Shown here piece after piece: positions 51,001 through 64,000 of a stretch of 64,000 nucleotides of DNA (the stretch's first letter is position 1; each line of letters opens with the position of its first letter). The stretch is from Macrostomum lignano. Taxonomy: Eukaryota. The stretch is taken from assembly GCA_002269645.1 (NCBI GenBank), contig NIVC01003920.1:1-64000 (forward strand). Reading direction: 5' to 3'. Made by a program: the position numbers and the translations under genes. Below the pieces are notes generated by a model. It searched no databases, was not told the origin of the DNA, and saw nothing but the letters and a program-made list of their open reading frames with translations.

Positions 51001-53354
51001 CTGAGTAGAGCCTGGATCTAGAGGCGTTGGGACGCACTGAGTAGAGCCTGGATCTAGAGGCGTTGGGACGCACTGAGTAGAGCCTGAGACTAGAGGCGCT
51101 GGGACGCACTGAGTAGAGCCTGAGACTAGAGGCGTTGGGATGCACAGAGTAGAGCCTGGGCCTAGGGGCCGTTGGGACGCACAAAGTAGAGCCTGGGCCT
51201 AGAGGCGCTGGGAACCGCCATGGACCTTATGAGTACAGTTACGAGTATGGCAGCTACTGTAGATCTCGAATGTCTCAAGCGTAGGACGCACTGACGATAC
51301 TCACTACTATAGATATATGAGTAAATGAAGGTCAGGCCTATAGTAGCGGGTCTGGCAATCCCGAAAGATTTTTCGCGTGTTTGCGGCCAAGGTAGAGCAA
51401 AAAATTCTGAATTCGCGATACAAGCCGAGGTTAGCGGGAGAGGCCAGCCAGACGGAGAAATAAATGGGTCCATGAGGTCCATGGTCCGCCAATTGCCCGC
51501 AGACGAGTTGCCCGTCGAGATTTGCCCGCAGTGCAATTTGCCCTCGAGTGAATTGCCCGCGAGCGAATTGCCCACTGAGTTTTTTCCCGCCGAGGATTGC
51601 CCGCAATGCTTTTTTTCCAGCAGCGCATTTGGCAGCTATAGCTTCTGTCTGCATTGCCCCCCCCCCAAAAAAAAATATGCATTTGATATGCAGTTACTAT
51701 CAAAACGTTTTGATCGGGTAAATCTCTTTATTAAGACCTACAAAGCATTGGGGAGACAATGCAGACAAAATCTGCCGCGTGGCTAAATGCGCAACTGCTT
51801 ATTGCTTGACGTACACCGCTGAGATTAGGAGCCAGGATCGATGTTATCGAATGAAGTTTCAAAAACTGGGTGCTCCAAATACCACCAATAATGCATAGAG
51901 CTCTTCGCCGGATGAACCGCAGGGATTCTCCTGTTCGCTGCCATCATCTTCGCCTGGGAGACTCGCACCGTGCAGCTGGATGCCGTCAACGACTCAAAGA
52001 AGATCGGAGTCTGTGTGTACAACACCACCGTGCTGGCGCTCATCGGGGTCGTCGTGGCCTTCGTGCTGCCCGACTCCAGCTATGAGCTGCGGCTGATTCT
52101 TGTCGCCATTTGCACCTGCGGCTGCGCCACCATCACGCTGGCCCTGGTGTTCGGCACGAAGGTGAGCTGCCCCGCCCGTGGCACCTGGGGCTCTGCTTCT
52201 CTGGGGTGCTTGCTTTATACCTAGAAGAGAATCCCCTTAGTCCCCCTCCCGCTAGTCTGTTGTTAATCCATCTGTAGCCGATGTATCTCAACCCCCTCCC
52301 CGCTAGTCTGTTGTTAATCCATCTGCAGCCGATGTATCTCAACCCCCCTCCCCGCTAGTCTGTTGTTAATCCATCTGCAGCCGATGTATCTCAACCCCCC
52401 TCCCCGCTAGTCTGTTGTTAATCCATCTGCAGCCGATGTATCTCAACCCCCCTCCCCGCTAGTCTGTTGTTAATCCATCTGCAGCCGATGTATCTCAACC
52501 CCCCTCCCCGCTAGTCTGTTGTTAATCCATCTGCAGCCGATGTATCGCAACCCCCCTCCCCGCTAGTCTGTTGTTAATCCATCTGTAGCCGATGTATCTC
52601 AACCCCCTCCCCGCTAGTCTGTTGTTAATCCATCTGCAGCCGATGTATCTCAACCCCCTCCCGCTAGTCTGTTGTTAATCCATCTGCAGCCGATGTATCT
52701 CAACCCCCTCCCCGCTAGTCTGTTGTTAATCCATCTGCAGCCGATGTATCTCAACCCCCTCCCCGCTAGTCTGTTGTTAATCCATCTGCAGCCGATGTAT
52801 CTCAACCCCCCTCCCCGCTAGTCTGTTGTTAATCCATCTGCAGCCGATGTATCGCAACCCCCCTCCCCGCTAGTCTGTTTTTAACCCATCTGCAGCCGAT
52901 GTATCGCGACCCCCTCCCCGCTAGTCTGTTGTTAATTCATCTGCAGCTGATGTATCGCGACCCCCTCCCCGCTAGTCTGTTGTTAATTCATCTGCAGCCG
53001 ATGTATCGCAATTCCCCTCCCCGCTAGTCTGTTGTTAATTCATCTGCAGCCGATGTATCGCAATTCCCCTCCCCGCTAGTCTGTTGTTAATTCATCTGCA
53101 GCCGATGTATCGCAATTCCCCTCCCCGCTAGTCTGTTGTTAATTCATCTGCAGCCGATGTATCGCAATTCCCCTCCCCGCTAGTCTGTTGTTAATTCATC
53201 TGCAGCCGATGTATCGCAACCCCCCTCCCAGGTGCACGCCATCTGGCGCCTCAGGCCCAACCGCATCGATGCCCAAGAGGCTCTGGAGACGGTGGACGGC
53301 CAGACCTCAAAGGCCAACACCGCCGGGTCGACGAGTGCGGCCGACACTTGCTAA
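39019..53354 (+). CDS. GABA-B-receptor-like class C GPCR, 14 exons: 39019-39240, 39482-39619, 44803-44973, 45198-45299, 45386-45460, 46209-46400, 46779-47015, 47408-47471, 48227-48304, 48721-49103, 49177-49299, 49525-49618, 51923-52161, 53232-53354
   Basis: Signal peptide; Venus-flytrap motifs (LLLGPAFSQ, IGYSNTMPELS..YPYFVRL, YGMKYFWI, GPVRFDRRGDR); 7TM motifs IKMSSPLVNNVI, AFGAMLAKTWWVHRIF, AWETRTV..NDSKKIGVCVYN, TITLALVFGTK. Junction phases are consistent. Confidence 0.9.
39747..44195 (+). mobile_element. Full-length Gypsy (Mag-like) LTR retrotransposon in intron 2 of the GPCR
   Basis: LTRs TG..CA at 39747-40039 and 43999-44195; TSD ATCTC (39742-39746, 44196-44200); PBS-like TGGCGTCG at 40041; PPT AAGGGGGAAGG before the 3' LTR. 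Confidence 0.96.
40056..43943 (+). pseudogene. Gypsy gag-pol with one stop (42123-42125) and about two frameshifts
   Basis: Double knuckle CQKCG..H....C/CNKCGKPNHFAKVC; LDTGA; YIDD; EVDASQ; HQAHLG..C..C; ADFAGP..VTDNGP..NGAAER. Confidence 0.92.
44579..44703. repeat. Degenerate ~30-bp tandem repeat (4 copies)
   Basis: AATAGGCCGTCA..CCGTCTCTCA units. Confidence 0.75.
47494..48213. repeat. 60-bp intronic minisatellite (12 copies)
   Basis: Consecutive 60-nt lines are near-identical: AGTAGCAAGTGGGGAGCTAAAATATCTGCAATCCTATTTGCCACTGTAGGCTGTGTACCA. Confidence 0.95.
49716..51212. repeat. 36-bp intronic minisatellite (~41 copies)
   Basis: Unit GAGTAGAGCCTGGGTCTAGAGGCGTTGGGACGCACT; source of the spurious 500-aa minus-strand ORF. 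Confidence 0.93.
52235..53229. repeat. ~51-bp intronic minisatellite (~19 copies)
   Basis: Unit CCCCTCCCCGCTAGTCTGTTGTTAATCCATCTGCAGCCGATGTATCTCAAC with a variable C run. Confidence 0.92.
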
Positions 53355-53989
53355 GAGTTGAATTGAAGATTGACACAGTCTGAAACTCTTGCAGATTTTG
53401 AGACCATATGGAGACGTCACTGACAGCCCCAGACTGAACGGGGGTAAATACACAGCTCGCTGGAATGGCCAGCAGCTTAGCATAGTCTCTTGCACAGCAT
53501 AGAGTTCCTAGCAGCACTCGGCATTCCAATCTGCGCGAAGAGCCTCACTGGCGCCTTGGTTATCTCCAATACTATCGATTCAAATTATTGCAATGCATTA
53601 TGAAGGTAAAAAATCTTATTAAGAACATGAAGGATGCAAAAGTAGTCGCCTGTGCTCACGAGTTCAGCAGTTGAGTTTTCCGATGAAATTATAATTAGTA
53701 AACCAAAGTAGCTATAAGAGCATGCAGCTGCTGTTCGCCATCAACTTGTGCATTCGAAATTGAACTAGAGTCAGTGACGTTCATTTCAAGATTGGACTCT
53801 GTGACCAGAAGCAGTATTTCTGTGACCAGTAAGGCCCTGATTTAGTTGTAATGATTTCTCCATCATCACCAGCGCGGCAATCTCGAAATGCTCAGCAGTA
53901 ACCTCGGGCACCGAGGAAATCGTCAAGACATCAGCATGTCGAAATAAATTCATAATTTCTCTCTAGTTGAGGTCGTCAGCTGTCATGGC

Positions 53990-54314
53990 CTTCTAGCCAA
54001 TCCCCAGTTTTCATGTACTTCTAGCCAATCATCAGCTGTCAAGGATTTCTAGCCAATCATCAGCTGTCATGGACTTCTAGCCAATCATCAGCTGTCAAGG
54101 ATTTCTAGCCAATCATCAGCTGTCATGGACTTCTAGCCAATCGTCAGCTGTCATGGACTTCTAGCCAATCATCAGCTGTCATGGATTTCTAGCCAATCAT
54201 CAGCTGTCATGGATTTCTAGCCAATCATCAGCTGTCATGGATTTCTAGCCAATCATCAGCTGTCAAGGATTTCTAGCCAATCATCAGCTGTCATGGATTT
54301 CTAGCCAATCATCA
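53990..54314. repeat. 28-bp minisatellite (~11 copies)
   Basis: Unit TAGCCAATCATCAGCTGTCATGGATTTC. Confidence 0.9.
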
Positions 54315-54349
54315 TCTCGACAGACATTTGGAGTTTCTGAAGACATTTA

Positions 54350-54694
54350 CGAGGGGTGTCCATATTTGTACTGCTTCTGCTGCGTGGTTTTTGTCTTGTG
54401 TTTGGGCCACAGACATGCTCATAAAAGTGGTGATTTTTCTTAAAAATTTTTCGCACAGCGTAAAGTTCAAGCTGCTCTTTGGCATAATTTTTGGCTGCCC
54501 AACTTCTGTCAGTTGTGTCCTTACCAACTGCACTCGTTTGTTCATAACTCATCAAAGCTAAATTCCATTCATAAATTTCCTAAAATATGTTACTCACAGA
54601 TGCTCTCACTATGATTTAAAGGCTTTTTTATTGATATTGTTGTAGCCAGACATGTGCCACATCAAATATTCCCACAACTTTCGGACACCCCTCG
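54350..54694. mobile_element. 345-bp mariner-like MITE
   Basis: TA|CGAGGGGTGTCC ... GGACACCCCTCG|TT: 12-bp perfect TIR with a mariner-type start; the right TA is altered to TT. Confidence 0.7.
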
Positions 54695-55167
54695 TTTAAC
54701 TACTGAAAAAATTCTACGTACCTGTGCCTCTTCGTTTGATTGCAACTGAAAAGCTCCGAGATCAGGGCCTCTGGCATTTCTGCTGTTTATAGTTCCTATT
54801 GTTTCAGAACTATGAGCTAGAATGCTTTGAAATATTCAGATCCTTGAGTCGAAGTCAGCTACTTGGAGCTGACAAGTGTTGAAGGACTCGGTCAGTTCTC
54901 ATTGCTTTCCGATGCCGCTCTGCCGTGCTGAAAATTCGCTGCTCACAAAAGCAACGCCAATACCTGCACGAACTGCTCAGTGCACAAATCGATCCCGAGC
55001 ATTCGCGCTGCCCACGGTCGATTGAGTAGCCATGCAGCTCAGAGCGGCTCTTCCTCAGCTCGCCTCCCCAGCTACGCCCACCGCTGCGCAGCTGACGGAA
55101 GGGCGACCGCCTCTCCATATCCAGTCAGTTCGGTGAGTTTGTGAATTCCTGGAAACTGTTGAGACGA

Positions 55168-55386
55168 GAGAAGCAATCAACGGCCGCGCTGCTTTCTACT
55201 CGCTGAGAAATTCACTGAAATCAACGGCCGCGCTGCTTTCTACTCGCTGAGAAATTCACTGAAATCAACCGCCGCGCTGCTTTCTACTCGCTGAGGAATT
55301 CACTGAAATCAACGGCCGCGCTGCTTTCTACTCGCTGAGAAATTCACTGAAATCAACGGCCGCGCTGCCTTCTGCTCGCTGAGAAA
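55168..55386. repeat. 44-bp tandem repeat (~5 copies)
   Basis: Unit GAAATCAACGGCCGCGCTGCTTTCTACTCGCTGAGAAATTCACT. Confidence 0.88.
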
Positions 55387-55660
55387 TGCTTCCGTGATTC
55401 GCAGCTACACGTACTTGATTCAGTCGGAGATGACAATGTGAATTGTTTGCTTCACGGCTTCTCTGATTTATTCGTGCAAACAGCTTTCTTCCTACTAGTG
55501 GTAAGCTTTCTAAGTTCGAACGCACCCGGTAAGAGCTGAGGCCATCAACAATGCCGTTTCTATGCTGAAAATATGTTATAAGCTACAAATTAGCTGAAAC
55601 AATGAATGGCCAAGCATTGCAGAATCGCACTGAGTCAGCGGCATCTGCACCAGCCTGCGA

Positions 55661-58456
55661 ATGACCGCCTGGCGGCTGCCCTGCTGGCTCCTCACTGCCG
55701 CCCTGTGCTTGCGCGCCACATCAGTGGCCGGATACACAAGTGAGTCCAGCGCAGTATTTAATGCAAAAGCACTTCATGCTTGGACCACTGGCTTATTATT
55801 GTACCAAGATCATTGAAACTACATCAGCAGGAAAGTAGCTCGTAGTTCGATTGGAGGTTGGCTGACAAAGTTACAGTTTTGACAAAAAGCATTTTGGAGA
55901 CCGGTAAGACGCAAAATCACAAAGTGACTCTAAGCCGAAAGCACATCGAATGGAAATTTGCAACAAAAATATCAACCAAAAATACAGAAATCCGATTGAT
56001 TTTGAAAAAAAAATATGTGGGAAAATTAGCTCCTCTGAGAGCGGCCCGGCACTGCATGGTTCTTCGCCTTTAAACAATTAAACGCTATTATCTAGCACGG
56101 GTGATTTAGCGACTCAATTTCAGCTCTTTCGAGCTATTCCAGCGGCTTTGAGAGCCTTCAGAGGAACATTTAGGCCAGTCTGATAGTTTTAAATGTACAT
56201 CACGTCGACTCATGTATCCAGCGGTGCTGATCTCATCCGTAATGCTCAGAGCACATCCATTCAATCGCTCACAAAATCAGAGTCAGATTGCTACTTCCCG
56301 TTTCTCTACAACGGCACTGAGTACTCCTACTGTACTCGAAATGCGTACCACGTGCTCTGGTGCTCGCTCGACCGGGTGTACAAGGGCCGCTGGGCTGTCT
56401 GCGGACCGGAGGTGCCCAAGAAAGTGCTCGACAGCATACGGGCAGCCGTTGACGAGGTCGGCAAGGAGAAGGCCAAACTGGCTCAGGAACAGAGCGACAT
56501 CGACAAAATGGCGAAGTCCGTAGCGCAGCTCTCGGCTGCCAACCAGATGGGTGAGTGCAGCTTCTTTTCTTTTCTTTCTTTTTCTTCAGGGCTCCTCCGT
56601 ATCCGGCTCTGCCGATCTAGAGGGGGACAGGCGCTCCATGCTGCGAAGTAGGCCGATGATGGCCTCCGGGACTCCATCAAGTCCTCGGAGGCGAGCCCAT
56701 GGACTGCCCGGTAGCGGTCGCCACGGGGGCAGTCGTGTAGGATGTGGCGCACCGTGTCCTCCGCGCCGCAATCGGGACAGGCAGCAGAGTCCGCGATGCC
56801 AAGCCTGTGGCGGGTGCTGAAGTTAATCATGCTGGCGCCAGCGCGGAGCTGATTTATCAGCACCTGGAGGCGGCGTGGGAGGTGGGCCGGTGGTGGTTTG
56901 GCCGGTGCCGCGTAGTCGGCGTCCATGGCCCGGTGGCGGCGGCGGCGGAGGGCTGTCCTAGCCGCTTGAAGCTGGAGCGGCACGTGTTGTTGGTCGAGGG
57001 CGGCCGCTTCCGTCGGTAGCGATGGTGACAGACGGGGGGCATCGTTGGAGAGAAGTGAAAAAACTTGGCTTACGTTGGCAGTAGCCAGAAAACCCTTGCA
57101 CGAAAACTCCAACTGTAGCGACTTTTATATTTGACAACGATTTTATAAAAAGGACTAAGAACGCGAAGTAACAACTGTACGAGTGTAAATGAGTACGCGT
57201 CAATGTACGCACAACGAAAGTACTGAGAGGAGATAAAATAACCAGAGCCGCGCAACACCAAAAATACACACAAACAACCCAGCCCCAACCCCAAACAAGC
57301 GACACCCGCCACACGCCACCACAAGAAGGAGCCTTAGGGCCTCGCGGATGGCGACCAGCTCCGCCGTAAAGCTGCTGCACCAGGCTCCGGCGGGTACGCA
57401 GTGGCGGGTGCCAGGGGCCTCCCATTGAGCGATGGCCGCTCCCCGCCGTTCCGCGAGCCTTCGCCGACGGACCCGTCGGTCCAGAGTGCAGCATCTGCTA
57501 CAGCTGCTGCTGGCTTTGGAACATGAAATTCGCTCTGAAACATATTTAAATTATATTGACCAAGTACCGTTCCTGGGTCGGGGCTGGTAGTTCAAGGTTT
57601 GGGTCGGCAATTTCCAGATGAGGGCTGTGTTCCTGGTTCAATTTAGAAATCCTACCTACATGTACCTACCTAGTATTTTTCCACTACACTTACTGTACAC
57701 GAATTTCGCCTCGATGCCGCGTCAGATTGTCACTCCTGCGCCCTCTCATCCACTTCCTGCCTTGCCTGCAGCCCACAGCAACAAATCGGCAGCCATCAAC
57801 GCACTCGACCAACGCCTGGCGGCCCTCAACCGCTCCCTGTTGCAGATGGAGCTGGAGCAGCGCAACCTGGATCATGTGAGACGAACATTGGAAGCTCAAT
57901 TTTGATTCGTTGAAAGCCCCGGCTCTGCAAAATCAACAATACTAACTAGATTTTAATCGCCGATTCACAGCGTGCGGCCAATCAGGAGTCGCTGCGACCG
58001 CTGGAGATCGGCACGATGATCCTGCTGACCGTGTCTGTCATCACCATGGGTGTCCTGCTGTATGTATTCCACTGCTGCTCCAGCCGCAAGGGTGACGGCG
58101 GCGGCCCGAGCCCGTCGCTGCCGGAGACGCCGCAGCTGAGCTGTCTTGCGCTGCGCCGGGTGCAGCCGCCTGCAGATTCGACGGCCGAATCGGAGGTGGC
58201 AGCGGCGTCGACGCGACAGGTGGAGAGCGCAAAGAAATTTCCCGGCCACTTCTATCACCTGACCGTTGATGAGGTGGACGAGGAGGCTGGCGATGAGGAA
58301 GAGACCGAGGATGATGATGAAGTGGATACGGGAGACGACGCCAGCAGCGAGCAGCACAGCAGAGCAGCAGCGGCCCTGTCCTCGGCCGCCCCTCCAGCCC
58401 AGCAGGCTGCTGGAGAGGCCAGCCGCAAGCGGGGCAGCAGGTTCCTCAACAGGTGA
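55661..58456 (+). CDS. Signal peptide - fibronectin type II domain - coiled coil - TM - acidic tail protein. Exons 55661-55739, 56281-56550, 57772-57875, 57971-58456
   Basis: MTAWRLPCWLLTAALCLRATSVAG; CYFPFLYNGTEYSYCT...WCSLDRVYKGRWAVC (FN2 consensus); heptad-like helical region; TM MILLTVSVITMGVLLYVFHCC; D/E-rich tail. Junction phases 1,1,0 are consistent. Confidence 0.85.
56600..57500 (-). mobile_element. 3' fragment of an RNase H-containing LINE (I/Nimb/Ingi-like)
   Basis: LWTDGSVGEGSRNGG; SSFTAELVAIREAL; LINQLRAG; CPDCGAEDTVRHILHDCP. Confidence 0.8.
57056..57323. mobile_element. 268-bp solo LTR inserted in the LINE fragment
   Basis: TG...CA ends with a 5-bp TSD AGAAG (57051-57055, 57324-57328); interrupts the RNase H coding region. 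Confidence 0.75.
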
Positions 58457-58586
58457 TGCACCTGCCTCACACCAGCTGACAGCCATCCGGCACGCATCGC
58501 TAATCCAATTGATTTTGTGAATTCACCTGACCTGACTGATCGGTTTGCCGCTTTGCTTTTCTGCGACAGATTAGAAATTCATTGAG

Positions 58587-59630
58587 TTAGTTCTCATGCA
58601 AGCTGCTGCACCTGAACAGAATTCCACCGATTAGTTCTCATGCAAGCTGCTGCGCCTGAACAGAATTCCACCGATTAGTTCTCATCCAAGCTGCTGCGCC
58701 TGAACAGAATTCCACCGATTAGTTCTCATGCAAGCTGCTGCGCCTGAACAGAATTCCACCGATTAGTTCTCATCCAAGCTGCTGCGCCTGAACAGAATTC
58801 CACCGATTAGTTCTCATGCAAGCTGCTGCGCCTTAACAGAATTCCACCGATTAGTTCTCATCCAAGCTGCTGCGCCTGAACAGAATTCCACCGATTAGTT
58901 CTCATCCAAGCTGCTGCGCCTGAACAGAATTCCACCGATTAGTTCTCATCCAAGCTGCTGCGCCTGAACAGAATTCCACCGATTAGTTCTCATCCAAGCT
59001 GCTGCGCCTGAACAGAATTCCACCGATTAGTTCTCATCCAAGCTGCTGCGCCTGAACAGAATTCCACCGATTAGTTCTCATCCAAGCTGCTGCGCCTGAA
59101 CAGAATTCCACCGATTAGTTCTCATCCAAGCTGCTGCGCCTGAACAGAATTCCACCGATTAGTTCTCATCCAAGCTGCTGCGCCTGAACAGAATTCCACC
59201 GATTAGTTCTCATCCAAGCTGCTGCGCCTGAACAGAATTCCACCGATTAGTTCTCATCCAAGCTGCTGCGCCTGAACAGAATTCCACCGATTAGTTCTCA
59301 TCCAAGCTGCTGCGCCTGAACAGAATTCCACCGATTAGTTCTCATCCAAGCTGCTGCGCCTGAACAGAATTCCACCGATTAGTTCTCATCCAAGCTGCTG
59401 CGCCTGAACAGAATTCCACCGATTAGTTCTCATCCAAGCTGCTGCGCCTGAACAGAATTCCACCGATTAGTTCTCATCCAAGCTGCTGCGCCTGAACAGA
59501 ATTCCACCGATTAGTTCTCATCCAAGCTGCTGCGCCTGAACAGAATTCCACCGATTAGTTCTCATCCAAGCTGCTGCGCCTGAACAGAATTCCACCGATT
59601 AGTTCTCATCCAAGCTGCTGCGCCTGAACA
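58587..59630. repeat. 44-bp intergenic satellite (~24 copies)
   Basis: Unit TTAGTTCTCATCCAAGCTGCTGCGCCTGAACAGAATTCCACCGA. Confidence 0.95.
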
Positions 59631-59679
59631 GAGCCCACAACTGCTCCAATCAAGTATCTTGCTCAATGACACAAATTGT

Positions 59680-59753
59680 TCCAGTGGGATCGGGAATCGA
59701 ACCCCGACCTTCAAGTAGTTGAGTCCCACGCTCTAATCACTGGGCTATAACCC
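59680..59753 (-). tRNA. tRNA-like sequence (pseudo-tRNA or tRNA-derived SINE head)
   Basis: Reverse complement GGTTATAGCCCAGTGATTAGAGCGTGGGACTCAACTACTTGAAGGTCGGGGTTCGATTCCCGATCCCACTGG has A-box-like and B-box (GGTTCGATTCC) motifs; the anticodon arm and acceptor stem do not pair. Confidence 0.6.
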
Positions 59754-60591
59754 TACTAGGCTATACAACCTTCTGCTAGGCAAAATTTTAATCGATACAA
59801 AAAAATTACAGGCTCCAATGCTTTACTCGTACTAAATTATTTGGGTGAAAGTTGAACTCGTACCTACAGTACTCAAGCCAAGAGATATTTAGTTAATTAG
59901 CTGTAGCACATGTCATTTCTGTATTATGATATGAAATATAAAGTGCAATCATCACTGAAATAACAGGCTATGATAAGCTCTACGAGCCTACCAACCACTG
60001 CAGTTACTGGCGAATGATATCGCACGCACGGTACAGAAAATGCACAGTAAAACAAAACAAAATAAAATTCAAAGAAGAACCCAAATTCGATTTTATAACA
60101 TTTACTAACTATAGAGCAGGATCTAACTCAGTTCGACAATAGCCTTGTATTTTCTTTAATAATATGTAAGTCTTCATTGAAACTTAGCATTACAGAGCAT
60201 GGGGAGGGGGTGGCTGTCTGTGCCAATCCAGCACGTCAGGCAGCAGCTTCAATCTTTACTGAGATGAAAAACCGCAGGAACGGGCAATGAGAAGCATTTC
60301 ATTAGTCTACGAAAATGTTAGAATTATTTATTCACTAACGCTGATACGAAAAGTCTCGGCCCAGTTCCGACTAAAATAAAAAAGTGCTGGCAAAAAATTA
60401 CATCAAAAGCACAGCTAAGCAAACCCTACAAACAGCTGAATGGCTCGAGCTGAAGCTCTGAGCCACAGGACTGTCTTGGCTTGTCAGACTTGACCTAATT
60501 TCATTCGCATTTCTATGCTGCATTTTTGAGAACAAAAATGCCTCTTCACTCTACAACAAAAACTTGTCAGCCTGGGTCTCACAGCAGCAGC

Positions 60592-63100
<2,509 letters not shown>

Positions 63101-63144
63101 TTAGAAGCACAGGTATTGCTTGAGTATTGAAAGCAATTCCCAAG

Positions 63145-63344
63145 TTATCAAGCAACTTTTTCAATTGATTTAAAACAACATTTTGCTTTATTACTTTGGC
63201 ATGGATAGAGTATAGTGCTCATTAAACTAGTTTATAGGGTTATCAAGCAACTTTTTCAATTGATTCAAAACAACATTTTGCTTTATTACTTTGGCATGGA
63301 TAGAGTATAGTGCTCATTAAACTAGTTTATAGGGTTATCAAGCA
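63145..63344. repeat. 95-bp tandem duplication just upstream of DLD
   Basis: TTATCAAGCA recurs at 63145, 63240 and 63335 with near-identical intervening sequence. Confidence 0.85.
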
Positions 63345-64000
63345 TTGGGGTTGCAACTAATTATATTGTAGCAAGTTTCTAAAGGACTACAAAGAAATTG
63401 TTCAGCCATCACCGAGTTAGCATTTATATAACCATTTTTGATAGTTAGCATAAAATTGCAAAAATCAAACATTTTGCATGCCTTTCATAGAAAAAAATTA
63501 AATATTCTATAGCTCGTATTCTATGCATATGAAGTATACCATAGTTATCAATACAAGCTTCATATAACATGATCTTGATATTCTATTCCTACAAATGCTA
63601 TTTTCATAGTGTAGTTATCTTATTAATGAAAATAAAGATCAAGATCAGTTCATTAATACTTGAAATGACACAAAAATATCTGATGATCTAATTTTATTTT
63701 TGATATTATACCTATAAATAAATACTATATTTAATGCTGATATACATTCAAATTTTAATGCAAAATCAGGCTTTTTTAATTAAATGTTTTAGTCATTAAT
63801 TGATTGATATTTCATAACCTTTACTCTGCTAAGAAACTGATTTTTCTCTACTAGTTAAATTTTATTTGTTTTGTTCTAGGTTAATTATGTAATTTTATTA
63901 TACTAGTATTAGATAACTTTTTGGAAATTACTATGTCAAGAATACTATCAAGCATTCAATTTTAGGTTAATTAAAGTCATTCTTAATTGTCAATCATTCT

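Noticed and set aside
49682-51184. 500-aa minus-strand ORF of RLYSVRPNAS repeats
   Set aside because: By-product of a 36-bp stop-free minisatellite in a GPCR intron; no unique coding flanks.
51218-51484. Inverted repeat CCATGGACCT(T/C)ATG as a MITE, followed by TTGCCCG periodic motifs
   Set aside because: No TSD identified; boundaries uncertain.
55031-55132. Potential alternative first exon (MQLRAALPQ..|GTGAGT) for the FN2 gene
   Set aside because: No signal peptide, phase 2 is incompatible with exon 2, and a better first exon exists at 55661.
58587-59630. CRISPR-like regular repeats (also 19208-19713 and 52235-53229)
   Set aside because: Head-to-tail units with no unique spacers, no cas genes, eukaryotic context.

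Overview
Eukaryotic (metazoan invertebrate) genomic DNA. GC/CpG-rich spliced exons, introns packed with minisatellites and scattered 1-bp indels resemble a long-read flatworm assembly such as Macrostomum; this is an inference I cannot verify. Six spliced genes were reconstructed by hand: a KAT6/MOZ-type PHD-PHD-MYST acetyltransferase (-, 1169-4993), a divergent Ig/FN3 type-I membrane receptor (+, ~17913-23765), a TMEM38/TRIC channel (-, 27501-31864), a 14-exon GABA-B-like class C GPCR (+, 39019-53354), a signal peptide-FN2-coiled coil-TM protein (+, 55661-58456) and dihydrolipoamide dehydrogenase (-, 60592-63079). Mobile DNA: a degraded hAT with ends, several MITEs with TIRs and TSDs, DIRS-like relics, RTE and RNase H-type LINE fragments, a BEL/Pao remnant, a young Mag-type Gypsy and a solo LTR. 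The most striking observations are: (1) a 279-bp MITE, nested in another 8-bp-TSD element, that carries a 28S rRNA fragment spanning the R2/I-PpoI/Pokey target site; (2) kb-scale CpG-void domains with signs of CG->TA double conversion; (3) intronic minisatellites whose units are built from splice-junction sequence, one of them in frame with the next exon. All analysis was done by eye, with no database searches.
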